From: Eledone cirrhosa
Lineage: Eukaryota
Direction of reading: 5' to 3'
Length of the DNA stretch: 64,000 nt
Assembly: GCA_964016885.1 (NCBI GenBank)
Contig: OZ024761.1
Coordinates: 2,480,001 to 2,544,000 of the forward strand
The notes beneath the pieces are model-generated. The model was not told where the DNA came from. It worked only from the letters and a program-made list of their open reading frames with translations, and made no database searches. Numbering within the stretch: the first letter of the stretch is position 1; every line of letters starts with the position of its first letter. Below, in pieces: positions 1 to 12,535 of the stretch. The translations under genes were made by a program, and so were the position numbers.

Positions 1-2612
1 ACGAGGGCTGCGTTGTCAGGAGTAAAATACGTGCTCTGGGTAATGAGTGAGCCAAAGCTGTTAGCTGGGCCCGAGTGACAGAGGCAAAAAGTGGGAACAA
101 GTCCACGATTCGGTCTTTGAAGGACCAGGATGGGCATGTGATCCTTGAACCTGGGCAGATGTGTGCGGTCTTTCAGCGGCACTTTGCACGATTGTTCGGG
201 AGGGGCGGCGCGCCGGGTGAGACTATGGATTTCAATCCATACCTCGACGGACTGCCGCGCCTCTCGGACGGGGAGGCGAAGTCCTGCGAAAGGCCGATTT
301 CAATGCGGCAAACGCAAATCCCTGGGTCTCGATGGTCTACCATACGAGCTATATGTGGCGATGCCGGACTTGTTCTCTGATATCCTTGAAGCGGTCTACT
401 GCAACTGGCAGCAGAACGGGAGAATTCCCAGTTCTGTGGCCAAGGGCGTAGTTATGCTGGTGAGGAAGGACGAGAGCAAGGGGGATGACATAAGTAACTT
501 CAGGCCCATAACTCTGCTAAATGCAGAGTTAAAGATTTTGGCCAAGGTGTTAGCGAAGAGGTTGGCGCTTGTCGTCGGAAACCTGGTGGGAGAAGCGCAG
601 ACATGCGCAATCCCATCCAGGTCCATTCACGACAATCTCCACCTTATGCAATACATCATAGAGAGGGTAGGGAATGAACCCGGCTTTGGTGGGGCCCTGA
701 TCAACTTGGATCAATCTAAAGCTTTCGATAGGGTTGACCATCGTTACCTGGATGCGGTGCTCGCGGCGGCAGGCTTCGGACCCGTTTTCAGGGGTTGGAT
801 TGCTGCGATGCACAGCAGCAACGTCTGCTCAAGGGTCAAGGTGAACGGCCACCTCTCGGAGCCGTTCCAAATCATGCGATCCATCCGACAGGGATGCCCT
901 CTCTCCTCCCTTCTGTATGTGCTGGCTCTTGAGCCACTACTGCGGAAGTTGGAGCGGTTGCAGGGCATCCCTTTGGAACTGGGATTGCATCCCTTTGGAA
1001 CTGGGAACGCCGATGACGTGACAGTAATGGTGTCGAGAACCTCACAAATCGGTGAGATCGGCACCTTACTGGAGGAATATGAAAGGTTTACAGGAGCCAA
1101 GCTGAACCGGGACAAGTCCGTCGGTTTGCAACTCGGAACATGGAGAGGCAAACCGATGCCCTCCAATGACGTCGTCGGACGCTGGACGGAGGGTCCGGTG
1201 AAGCTGCTTGGGGTCTGGTTCGGACCAGACCTGCAGGTGGAGAAAAACTGGAACGAGGTAACGGCCAGGGTGTTTGCACTCGCCCAGAAATGGGCCCAGT
1301 GCAAACTATCCCTGAAAGGTCGAGCGGAGGTGGCGAATGCTTATATAGCATCCGTCATCTACTACCGCTTGACCGTCGTGCCTTGCCCAGTGAAAAGACT
1401 CGCCAAAATGGAGTGCGCGCTGTTCCAATTTCTTTGGAACAAGCGGGCCCCTTTGGTGAGGAGATCCATCTGCTGTCAACACCCTTCGAAAGGAGGGCTG
1501 GGGATGCCGTGGCTACAGATGCGTAAACACGCATTAAGGCTACGGCACCTCCAGGTATTCCTCACCGGTCAACCGGTGTGGGCCCCGTTTGTGAGGCGAG
1601 CCTTTCCCAGACTCGTCTCGCTCACCGAGCTGCAATCCTGGGTCAAGCAAAGACCGAGAAAAGTGGGCGACTGGCACATTGAATGTGCCCAGGCGCTCAC
1701 GGCCCTCTGGAAAGCGGACCCGGCAATCAGTGGAGACTCCACCTCGACATTCTATAGAGGGTTGGTACGCAGCAGGTGCGACGATGCTCTCGGAGAAGCT
1801 CTAGGCATGGAGGAAGATGAACTGGTCAGTCTGTTCGGTAGGACGTTTGGCCCTGGACCGATGGACAACTTCCAAAAGTCCCTGGCTTGGCAGTGCTACC
1901 GAGGGGCTCTACCCGTTCGAGACAAGCTCCACAGGCATGGGAGCCTGGGTAGGGATCCTTTGAATAAGATCTGTCTGAGATGCGTGCATGACGACGAAAC
2001 CGTTGCGCACGTATTCGTACACTGCCCAGGCATTGCTGACCTGTGCTATGTGGAACGATTACTGTCGAGGGTGGTACCAATCCGGTTGACCACCGTTGTC
2101 ACGATCAAACCGCCTCCCCCCTTCAAAAACGAAGGAGAGGCGGTTTTTCTTTGTGTGATAGCCATGGCTAAAGAAGTTGTATGGTGGACGAGGCTGAAAG
2201 GGCTGAAGTCAGACACCTTTCTCTCCGGCCAACAACTGGTCCCCTTTTTCAAATACCATTTTAAAAGAAGGATCAGAATGGAGAGAGAGGTGCTCTACCC
2301 CAGCAAGTTTTATGAAAGATGGGTGAAAGTAGGGAGAATGGCCAGAGTGAATCGGTCTTCTTTCTATTATCAGCCTGTAGGTGAAAGAAGAGGAAAAAGA
2401 GGAGACAAGGGAAGCACCTACTCTTTGTGCTCCTGAAGAGAAGGGTTGCACATTTTTTCCGGGGTGTGTGCGACCCATGTTAATGCCCCCTCCCTATTGA
2501 GGACTTCGTTTGTTGTTGTTATTTCATTTTTATATTTTTGTACTCGTTAATTATATGTAAACTTCTCCCCTTGTATCTGTCCCTATCTTTTGTGCCCTGG
2601 TGGCAAATAAAG
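1..2612 (+). mobile_element. Tx1/L1-clade non-LTR retrotransposon, 3' part (RT + C-terminal CCHC zinc knuckle + 3' UTR), mildly degenerate
   Basis: ORF 145-2436 has RT motifs (GLDGLPYELY, NFRPITLLN, DQSKAFDRVDH, RQGCPLS, xADD, KLLGVWF) and CLRC-x7-H-x4-C. A frameshift near 300 joins it to ORF 75-380. AATAAA at 2606-2611. Confidence 0.9.
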
Positions 2613-2614
2613 AA

Positions 2615-3040
2615 ATTACTCTATATATACTATTGTATTTTCACAGTAAAGGCTTTACCTCACATTATATCTCACATAACATTTACATTATATATACTAT
2701 TGTATTTTCACAGTAAAGGCTTTACCTCACATAATATCTCACACAACATTTACATTACTCTATATATACTATTGTATTTTCACAGTAAAAGCTTTACCTC
2801 ACATAATATCTCACCTAACATTTACATTACTCTATATATACTATTGTATTTTCACAGTAAAGGCTTTACCTCACATAATATCTCACATAACATTTACCTT
2901 ACTCTATATATACTATTGTATTTTCACAGTAAAGGCTTTACCTCACATAATATCTCACATAACATTTACATTATTCTATATTTACTATTGTATTTTCATT
3001 GTAAAGGCTTTATCTCACATAATATTGAATCTATGAGATT
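2615..3040 (+). repeat. ~64-bp minisatellite (about 6 units) inside a TTAA-type MITE
   Basis: Repeated unit attactctatatatactattgtattttcacagtaaaggctttacctcacataatatctcacataacatttac. A single copy of the same sequence is at ~42825-42900. Confidence 0.85.
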
Positions 3041-3166
3041 TTGATATTATTTATTTTGAGAACAATACCTTAACACCAGTATGAGCGGCCAGTTATGGCT
3101 GGTTTGAACAGAAAAAGGTGAGAGAAATCTGGCTGGATATGGCCGGTTTAAATCCTAAAGGGTAAA
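3030..3166. mobile_element. End of a piggyBac-like (TTAACCCTTT-ended) MITE
   Basis: Ends in taaagggtaaa. Homologous to 62362-62493 (ends taaagggttaa) and 42900-42965. Confidence 0.55.
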
Positions 3167-3414
3167 AGCTCAAAACGAAAAACTGACTGAATTGGAGGAA
3201 GATATTTGTGATGCACTGAGTAACATACTGCCTGAGTTGTTGCTGAAGTCAGTCGAAGATGTACCCAGATGCTTACACTGGTGAACAATGAAGGTCGATC
3301 GACAAGATCTCGGATCTCATTCACCTAACGAGTGGGGTGGAGCTCATCAAATTGGGCTGAGGAAACGATGTTTCCATTAGTCTTTCCAATTGCTAATACT
3401 ATCTGTTGGTTGCA

Positions 3415-3540
3415 AATCCAGGCAGAAGTAGCAACATGAAATAAAGTGTCTTGCCCAAGGACATAACACATTGCCCGGTCCGGGAATGGAACTCACTATT
3501 GCAAATCCAATTCTCTAAGCACTCAGCCATGCACCTTCAC
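3415..3540 (-). mobile_element. tRNA-derived SINE fragment
   Basis: gaaataaagtgtcttgcccaaggac...gaactcac matches the SINE copy at 52580-52920. Confidence 0.65.
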
Positions 3541-3689
3541 ATATATATATATCAGGATTGAACCTGTTTTAAACTAGTTAGACAATTATTCCACAGAGTG
3601 CTTGATGCTTGAAATATATATATAATAAAGAGTTTCTTTCCACCCACCCTGTTTATATATATATACCTGTTATATTTTGGGGGCTACAG

Positions 3690-3800
3690 GAAGAAGATTG
3701 GAAGTTACTGTCCATGTTGGTTGACAGAGAAAAGGAATTGGAAGGGATTAAATCAGCAAGGAAACAAGCTGCACAGAATGATGCTAAATGGATGAAGGAG
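3690..3800 (+). CDS. TCHP: Trichoplein keratin filament-binding protein, internal exon (EEDWKLL...AKWMKE)
   Basis: AG/GT boundaries, 111 bp, phase 0/0. The six exons splice in frame to a coiled coil resembling the vertebrate TCHP C-terminus as I recall it (AWMKQAIEEQ...REAE...EEA.EMWEKRE.EW..E..AR..LM.EVL..RQ.Q...EESL..RE...GY.PK.YG...AW). Confidence 0.88.
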
Positions 3801-5060
3801 GTTTGTTGTTACTGTTGTTGTTACTGTAGATGTTGTTGTTACTGTAGATGTTAGTATTGTTGTTGTTGTTACTGTAGATGTTGTAGATGTTGTAGTTGTT
3901 GTTAGTATTGTTGTTGTAGTTGTTAGTATTGTTGTAGTTGTTGTTACTGTTGTTAACCTGCTGCTGTTGTTACTGTTGTTGTTACTGCTGCTGTTGTTAC
4001 TGCTGCTGTTGTTACTGTTGTTGTTACTGTTGTTACTGTTGTTGTTACTGCTGCTGTTGTTACTGCTGCTGTTGTTACTGTTGTTGTTACTGTTGTTAAC
4101 CTGCTGCTGTTGTTACTGTTGTTGTTACTGCTGCTGTTGTTACTGGTGTTACTGTTGTAACCTGCTGCTGTTGTTACTGTTGTTGTTACTGCTGCTGTTG
4201 TTACTGCTGCTGTTGTTACTGTTGTTGTTACTGTTGTTAACCTGCTGCTGTTGTTACTGTTGTTGTTACTGCTGCTGTTGTTACTGCTGCTGTTGTTACT
4301 GTTGTTGTTACTGTTGTTAACCTGCTGCTGTTGTTACTGTTGTTGTTACTGCTGCTGTTGTTACTGTTGTTGTTATTGCTGCTGTTGTTACTGTTGCTGT
4401 TGTTACTGCTGCTGTTGTTACTGTTGCTGTTGTTACTGCTGCTGTTGTTACTGTTGTTGTTACTGTTGTTAACCTGCTGCTGTTGTTACTGTTGTTGTTA
4501 CTGCTGCTGTTGTTACTGTTGTTGTTATTGCTGCTGTTGTTACTGTTGCTGTTGCTACTGCTGCTGTTGTTTCTGTTGTTGTTACTGTTGTTGTTACTGT
4601 TGTTGTTACTGTTGCTGTTGTTACTGCTGCTGTTGTTACTGTTGTTGTTACTGTTGTTAACCTGCTGCTGTTGTTACTGTTGTTGTTACTGTTGTTGTTA
4701 CTGCTGCTGTTGTTACTGTTGCTGTTGTTACTGTTGCTGTTGTTACTGCTGCTGTTGTTACTGTTGTTATTGCTGCTGTTGTTGTTACTGCTGCTGTTGT
4801 TACTGTTGTTATTGCTGTTGTTGTTGTTGTTACTGCTGCTGTTGTTACTGTTGTTGTTGTTACTGCTGCTATTGTTACTGTTGTTATTGCTGTTGTTGTT
4901 GTTACTGCTACTGTTGTTATTGCTGTTGTTGTCAATGTTGTTACTGCTGCTGTTGTTACTGCTGTTATTGCTGTTGTTGTTGTTGTCAATGTTGTTACTG
5001 TTGTTGTTGTTACTGTTGTTATTGCTGTTGTTGTCAATGTTGTTATTGCTGTTGTTGTCC
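3801..5060. repeat. (GTT/ACT/GCT)n compound trinucleotide array filling a TCHP intron
   Basis: Continuous tgt/tac/tgc triplets with recurring gttaacctg units. Confidence 0.95.
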
Positions 5061-5088
5061 TTCTTCACCTCGTTTCGTTCTGTTTCAG

Positions 5089-5150
5089 GTTGTAGAAGAA
5101 CAGATGAAGGTGGAGAAATTCCGAGAAGCAGAAATGGATCTATTGTTTGA
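5089..5150 (+). CDS. TCHP: TCHP exon (VVEEQMKVEKFREAEMDLLF-E)
   Basis: tttcag acceptor, GTAAGT donor, 62 bp, ends in phase 2 and is completed by the next exon. Confidence 0.88.
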
Positions 5151-5675
5151 GTAAGTCAGTCATTGTGGTGATGTTGTGGTGTTCAACACCCTTCACACAT
5201 CATTTCCACTTAGAAAGCCATTGTTTTCCCCTTTCTTACAGTGATTCAAAGTTGAGTGGATGCACTTCATCCTTCTCTCTCTCTGACCTGTCCATCTGCC
5301 TATCCATCTATTAGTTTCTCCCACAAACATTATACCAACAGCGATATTTATGTCTCCGTTGTTACAAGCCATCTATATTATGTGACCCTTTTAGTTAAAT
5401 CGTTGAAACCACAGGTGGTCTAGATTGCTGATGAGAAAATTTAATGTTTGTAAGATCCCCTCTCGTCTATTTTATCCCTTGCTCATTTTTTCCTATCACT
5501 TTTATGAGCCAGCACACTTCTAACCACTGATTCCTATCCTCTGAGGTAAATTTTACCTGATGCCGCCATTGATGGCATTTTGCTATTTTAACAGCTTCTT
5601 TGCGTTGAATTCTACCAATTACTCTATGAATTCTAATACACTTGCACTTCAAAAATCGATATTCGAGATACATTT

Positions 5676-5728
<53 letters not shown>

Positions 5729-5769
5729 GAAAATAAAACAAAGAAGCCTTCAATACATCAAAAGTCTTT

Positions 5770-5815
5770 ATTAGCCAACAATGTTTCGTCCTATTAAGGA
5801 CTCATCAGGGTAATC
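5770..5815 (-). ncRNA. Minimal type I hammerhead ribozyme (PLE pLTR-type)
   Basis: Minus strand reads gattacc-CTGATGA-gtcc(ttaata)ggac-GAAA-cattg-T-T-ggctaat. Canonical core, 4-bp stem II, followed by AATAAA and then (TA)n. Confidence 0.8.
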
Positions 5816-6076
5816 AAAACCACAAGAAGCACTATCGGCCAATACAAGCCGAAAACTCGGCTATATATATACATTATTTCTGAAGACGGCGGGTAGTGAA
5901 GACATATGTATTTTTTCTTACTATGATATTTTGTAATATATTTTACATAGATCAATAATTGAATGGACATACAGGGAACTAACCGCTCCCCCTCCCAGAA
6001 ACGATTGTAAAATAATGAGTTTTACTATGAATTAACCGTTTTTTGTTTAATTTCATTGTTTTAATATTTCTCTCTC

Positions 6077-6131
<55 letters not shown>

Positions 6132-6144
6132 GTGTGTGTGTATA

Positions 6145-6185
<41 letters not shown>

Positions 6186-6188
6186 GTG

Positions 6189-6225
<37 letters not shown>

Positions 6226-6387
6226 GTATGTATATATATATGCAGAAGAGCTTCCCTTTTTTGACATGTCTACATAACTGTCTTCTGGTTTTATCCTTTT
6301 TGTCATGTTTGTTGTTGTTGTTGTTGTTATTCCCTGTGACTCCAGCTAATATGGTGGACATGGAACTAACTGGATGTTTCATTGTAG

Positions 6388-6469
6388 GGAGGAGGCTGCA
6401 CGGATGTGGCAGAAGAGAGAAAAGGAGTGGGAGTTGGAGAAACAGGCCAGAGAAAACCTTATGGTTGAG
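6388..6469 (+). CDS. TCHP: TCHP exon ([27 protein letters not shown])
   Basis: tgtag acceptor, GT donor, 82 bp, phase compatible with both neighbours. Confidence 0.88.
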
Positions 6470-6483
6470 GTAAATTATTTATA

Positions 6484-6797
6484 TCATCATCATCATCATC
6501 ATCATCATCATTTTACGTCCGCTCTTCCCTGCTTGCAAGGGTGGGACGGGTCTTATTCAGCACAGCATCTCTCCACTTGTCACGGTCCTTCATCATCTCC
6601 ACTGTGAGCTTCAGCGATCTGAGGTCTGTTCTCACCACCTCCGCCCATGTTTTTCGTGGTCTACCTCTACCACGTCTTCCCTCAACTGACATTTCCTGGC
6701 ACTTCTTCACCCATCGGTCATCCTCCATGCGCACCACATGTCCATGCCACCTCAGTCTCCTCTCTCGCACACTACATTCTATCCCTCTCAGACAGTT
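6484..6797 (-). mobile_element. RTE LINE 3' fragment with (ATG)n tail
   Basis: RRLRWHGHVVRM...RGRGRPRKTW on the minus strand; (cat)n on the plus strand. Confidence 0.85.
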
Positions 6798-6805
6798 ATA
6801 TATAC

Positions 6806-6846
<41 letters not shown>

Positions 6847-6932
6847 TATACTGGTGGCTTGGCTGAGTTCGGATCTAGCTGTTGAAACGGGTGGAGCTCA
6901 GCCGTATGTATATATATATATTTATATATATA

Positions 6933-7466
6933 CTACCAGTGGTACTCGGCATTGCACGGGATAAGGTATTTTGGAACGCGGGCCGCCAACAGACCTAATC
7001 GTGGAAAAACTGCATGCGTGGACAATATGTAAAGAAATAAACCGAATACTCTGATGGCTGGATAATCTTTAAAATTTTACTCGATGAAGCAGGAAAAATG
7101 CAGGTTTTCACCTAATGCGGGCCCTAGGGGATCAAGAAAATGAATTTTTTTTATGTGCATAATATGCCTTGAAATTTCGGGAAAAAGCCCTAAAAAGCTG
7201 AAAAAATGAGGTTTTTCACCTAATGTAGGCCCTAGGCCATAACAAAGTTGGATTTTCTTTGCTCACAGTATGAAGAAAGACTGACTAATAAATAGTTACA
7301 ATTACAAGGAAATCGGTCTGATGTAACGCCTCAAAAAACCCCTAAAAACCTGAAAAAACGCAGTTTTTCACCTAGGGGATCAAAAAGTTGAAACATAAGT
7401 AATACACATGTAAATTTTGAAAAAAGTCAGTTGGGTACTTCTCGAGTTTTAGGATTCAAACTCACA

Positions 7467-7502
<36 letters not shown>

Positions 7503-7807
7503 GACATCCTCAGGGAAGTGATGTAATGCAGACAGCCAGAAATACAGACAGATATTGTAAGGGCGCGTTGTTATATGTATGTATCTATCTAAAAAGAGAA
7601 AGACTAAGAATTATAGAGAGAGATCGCTAAATCGCCTAATGCGGTCCCTAGGGCATTGAAAATTTAAAATTCTTTTTTCAGAACACTCCCTCAAACATAA
7701 GTATTACATGTGTAAAGTTTGAAAACAGTTGGTTGGGTGTTTCTTGAGTTTTAGGGATTCAAACTCACACACACACAGACAGACATCCTCAGTTTTATAT
7801 ATATAGA
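6933..7807 (-). mobile_element. Non-autonomous Helitron-like element
   Basis: Minus strand starts TCtatatatataaaactgagg and ends cccgtgcaatgccgag...GTAG. Homologous to 8120-8697. Confidence 0.55.
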
Positions 7808-8119
7808 TATTGTCGATCCCTTATTCTTGGCTATATCGCTCGCTTGCTCTTTTGTGAAATGTAATGTACTCATCCTATTTTTTTCTCGTCTCCCCATGTT
7901 CCCTGGTCCATTCATCTATCTGTATCATATCGTCCAGAATCCAATCTTTTCTTTTCAATGCTATTCGATAATTCTGTCTGATTGTTCAAAACAATCTTCT
8001 TGTATTTTAAAATCCCATAATTCTGTCAAACCCCCGAAAATGATCTTCTACTTGTATTTAAACTCTTACTCTTATTACTGTTATATGCTCATTTAATTAT
8101 GGCCGAAATTCTAGGATTA

Positions 8120-8697
8120 TCTATATATATATAAAACTGAGGATGTCTGTCTGTGTGTGTGTGAGTTTGAATCCCTAAAACTAGAGAAATACCCAACCGA
8201 CTGTTTTCAAACTGTACACATGTAATACTTATGTTTCAGGGAGTGTTCTGAGCAAAAAGAATTTCAAATTTTCAATGCCCTAGGGACCGCATTAGGCGAT
8301 TTAGCGATCTCTCTCTATAATTCTTAGTCTTTCTCTTTTTAGATAGATACATATAACGTTGCGCCCTTATAATATCTGTCTGTATGTCTGTCTGTCTGCA
8401 CTACGTCACTTCCTACAATTCCCTCTCCGTCCAGAACGCGCTCTTATAATATCTGGCTGGCTGCTGCCTCCGGTTATTCCACCACCCTTGCTCAAGACAA
8501 ATCTCACACTCATTCCCCAAACAGTTGGTAAGTGCACACAACTTCTTCCTCACGTTTTAAGCCACAGTGTTGTTTACTTACGTACCACCAGACCCTTACT
8601 TCTTTGCCAGCCGTGGTTGTGGCAATACTAAGCTTAGCTAAGGCAGTTATATATTTCACAATACCTTATCCCGTGCAATGCCAGGTACCACTGCTAG
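8120..8697 (+). mobile_element. Non-autonomous Helitron-like element
   Basis: Starts A^TC; subterminal GC-rich hairpin-like cccgtgcaatgccagg; 3' CTAG. Confidence 0.6.
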
Positions 8698-8969
8698 CAT
8701 TATTATAAAATAACCTTCTCGCTAACTCCCCCAGACCTCTCCCTCCTGCACCCAGTCGCCACCATTATTATTTGGTCCAATCATAATTCAGCAGCTTATA
8801 ATATCACTTCTTAAGTTTAGACCTGGTTGCTTTTCGATATGCTAGATGGACTATGGAATTCTGGAGAGTCTGAAAATCTGGACACTCTATGACAATGCCA
8901 AAGATAAAGACAAATTCACCTCATGTTGCCTGACGAGAATGCAAGGACTCCTCTTTATTTCGGCCACGG

Positions 8970-11900
8970 ATGGCTAACATAACCCCATCTCCCTCACCCT
9001 TCCCTGTGCCTCATCCTTCCCACCCACCAAACGCAATCCAAAACTTCAGAGTTGGTACCATGAATGTAGGCACCTTAAAAGGTCGCTCAAATGAGGTTGT
9101 AGAGATGCTTGAACGTAAGGAAGTTGATGTTTTCTGTGTTCAAGAGACCAGGTGGAGGGGTGGGTCTGCTAGATTCATTGTGGGTAAAAAACGATGCTAT
9201 AAACTTTTCTGGGTGGGAAATGACAATGGGCTGGGTGGGGTAGGAATCATGGTAGCAGAAAAGTGGGCAGATAAGATAATAGACGTAAATAGAGTGAACG
9301 GCAGAATAATTAAAGTAAGACTTGTCCTAAATAGAACTACTGTGACAATAATATCCGCGTATGCACCCCAATCCAGACTGCCTGGCGTTATAAAAGACAG
9401 ATTCTATGAGACACTGATGCTCACTACCTCCCAAATAACCGACAGTGACTACATAATTATTGCTGGCGACCTAAATGGCCACGTTGGACAACATTGTGAC
9501 GGCTATGACAGAATCCATGGAGGCTGGGTTTAGTACTAGAAATAAGGAAGGCTCCAGAATCCTGGAATTCTGTGACGCAAATAACCTAACTATCTGTAAC
9601 ACAAACTTCAAAAAACGAGACAATCACTTGATCACCTATAGATCGGGGGAACACGCCAGTCAGATAGATTATATCCTTACCAGAAGACGTGACAGAGTGT
9701 CTGTTGTAAACACTAAATCCCTCCCCCATGAAGAATGCACCTCCCAACATAGCCTCATAGTTAGAGACCTCATAGTCAGGACGAGATGTACTCGACCACA
9801 GAGGAGGACTACCCTACGGAGAAGAATATGGAAGTTAAAGGACCCCACAGCCAGTAATAAATTTAAAAGCATATTACTTGATACTTTTGACAGTAAGGAA
9901 GAGCAATTAGAGTCTTAGAATATAGAGGAACAGTGGGAATTCCTGAAAGTTAATCTGCTGAAGGCAACAGATGAAATCTGTGACTGGAGCAGACCTATAG
10001 GCAGGAGGAGAGTAACTTGGTGGTGGAACAGTAAGGGGGAGGAGTCAATCAAGGCCAAAAAGCAGGCTTGGAAGCATGGAGGGATGGGGGAAGTAGAGAA
10101 GACTATCAAGTGGCCAGGAGGGAAGCTAGGAGACAAGTGTACTTCGCAAGAAGGGAAGCAGAGGAAAGAAAGTTCAAGCATGTTCTACAACGCGAGGACC
10201 AAAAACGTGAGGTGTTCAGGATTGCTAGGCAATGTGTCAAGGAAAACCGTGATATTGTCAGGGAGAAGCGTGTCCGTAATGATGATGGTGTACTTGCCAT
10301 CACTGACTCTGATAAGAAGGTAGCTTGGAAGTGTCACTACGAGAGGCTACTAAATGAGGAGAATAAATGGGACAAAGATAGTCTGTCCTACATCGATCCA
10401 ATAGAGGGACCAGCAGTGAAAGTTGAAGGTAGTATAATAAGTAAGGCAATCAAAGATATGAAGACAGGCAAGGCGGCTGGGGCTTCAGAGATAGTTGCTG
10501 AAATGCTGAAAGCATCTGGAACGGTGGGACACACTATGGTCACCCGGATAGTAAACCAAGTCATACAGAATGGGGTCATACCAAAGGACTGGCGTAGCAG
10601 CATCATCATTAACTGCTACAAGGGTAAAGGAGATGCCCTAGATAGGGGAAACTATAGAGGCATTAAATTAATTGACCGGGTCATGAAGGTCACAAAAATT
10701 TATAGCGCAACTAATCAGAGAGCGAATTGAGCTAGATGAAATGCAGTTTGTGTTTGTGAACTTGTCAGGTAAAAGTACCACAGATGCTCTTTTCCTTGTA
10801 CGACAACTATAGGAGAAGTACCTAGCTAAAATTAAACCCCTGTACTTAGCTTTTGTAGACTTGGAAAAAGCCATTATCTGGTGGGCTCTCAGAAAACTAG
10901 GTGTTGATGAATGGCTTGTGAGAGCTATACAAGCCATGTATAAAGAAACAGTCAGCAAAGTTAGAATTAACAACGAATATAGTGAAGAGTTTAGCGTAAA
11001 AGTTGGTGTTCATCAGGGCTCAGTCCTTAGCCCCCTCCAATTTATTATTGCTCTTCAGGCTATAACAGAGGAGTTCAAGACCGGCTGCCCATGGGAACTC
11101 CTATAAGCAGATGATCTAACGCTCATAGCTGAATCAATGACTGAACTAGAGAAGAAATTCCAAACATGGAAGCATGGCCTAGAATAAAAAGGCCTTAAAA
11201 TTAACTTGTCTAAGACTAAAGTTCTAGTATCGGAAATGGCCATGCTCAGTGTGTAGGAAAGGGGTAGGCAGAAACTCTATTTTATGTCCCAAATGCAAAG
11301 TATGGGTGCATAAAAGATGTAGTGGGATCACAGGTAAGCTAACTAAGAACATAGATTTTACATGTGGCCAGTGCTCAGGTGCAATAAGTATTAGCAAGTG
11401 CCCACAGGATACTAGCTCCTTCCATTGCCCAGATGGTTCTATAGAAATAGAGGACACCTTCCGTTACCTGGGTGACAAAATCAGCAGTGGTGGAGGGTGC
11501 TCTGAAAGTACAGTAGCTAGAGTCAGAACGGGATGGAAAAAGTTCAGAGAGCTTATACCACTATTAGCCACTAGAGGTTTCTCTCTAAAAATGAAAGACC
11601 GATTGTATGATGCTTGTATACAAACAGCAATGCTACATGGCAGTGAAACATGGGTGTTGTGGGCAGAGGATCTATGCAGACTGGAGAGGAACGAAGCTTG
11701 CATGCTCCGTTGGATGTGTAATAGTAATATACGTGAACAGCAAAGCATAAATGAACTCAGTGGGAAATTAGGAATAAGAAGGATCAGATGCTGTTTACTC
11801 AAGAGAAGACTACGTTGGTATGGTCACGTGATGCGCATGAAAGACGACAGCTGTATAAAAAAAGTGCAGTGCGATCAAAATAGATGGTAGCTACGGAGTA

Positions 11901-12411
11901 GGCAGACCCAGAAAAACCTGGGACGATTTGATAAATCCGACCTTACACACTTACACCTCTCTAAGACAATTTCACTGGACCGAGATCTTTGGCGCTACGC
12001 AGTTATACAGAAGACCCGCCTTGTCTAAGTACAAAGTGAAACCTACAGTCAGTAGGCACCTCTTAACCAAAAATACACCCCCATCCCTCTACCCCTACCC
12101 CCACTCCCATGTACACCATCCCTTTCTCTGTAAAGTTATGTTGGTACCACAACATCCAGTCCTAAATAAATGAGATCGTGTAGGTGGCACAACAAAAAAA
12201 AACACCACTGTCCATGCTGTAATGTGGCCGTGTAGGTAACACGGTAAAAACCTCCCAGTCCACACTGTAAACGTTGTTGGTGTTAGGAAGGGCATCCAGC
12301 CGTAGAAAACCTGCCAGACAGTCCTATACAAGCAAGACAACCAATCTTGCCTCAAGTGGGACAATTCCCGTTTAAACCCATGCTAGCGTTAAACAATGAT
12401 GATGATGATGA
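8970..12411 (+). mobile_element. Near full-length degenerate RTE-clade LINE (APE endonuclease, RT with inserted PHD finger, 3' UTR, (ATG)n tail)
   Basis: APE motifs (MNVGTL, VQETRW, SAYAPQ, GDLNGHVG, SQIDY) and RT motifs (NYRGIKL, FVDLEKA, HQGSVLSP, ADDL, FRYLG, RLRWYGHVMRM). Several stops and frameshifts. 5' boundary uncertain. Confidence 0.92.
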
Positions 12412-12495
12412 TATATTTATATAAATATATATATTTATATAAATATATATATATACACATATATATGTGTGTGTATATATATATATATGTGTGTG

Positions 12496-12528
<33 letters not shown>

Positions 12529-12535
12529 ATATATA

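Noticed and set aside
3967-5154. Long poly-Leu/Cys/Thr ORFs
   Set aside because: Translations of an intronic trinucleotide array; only 5089-5150 is exonic.
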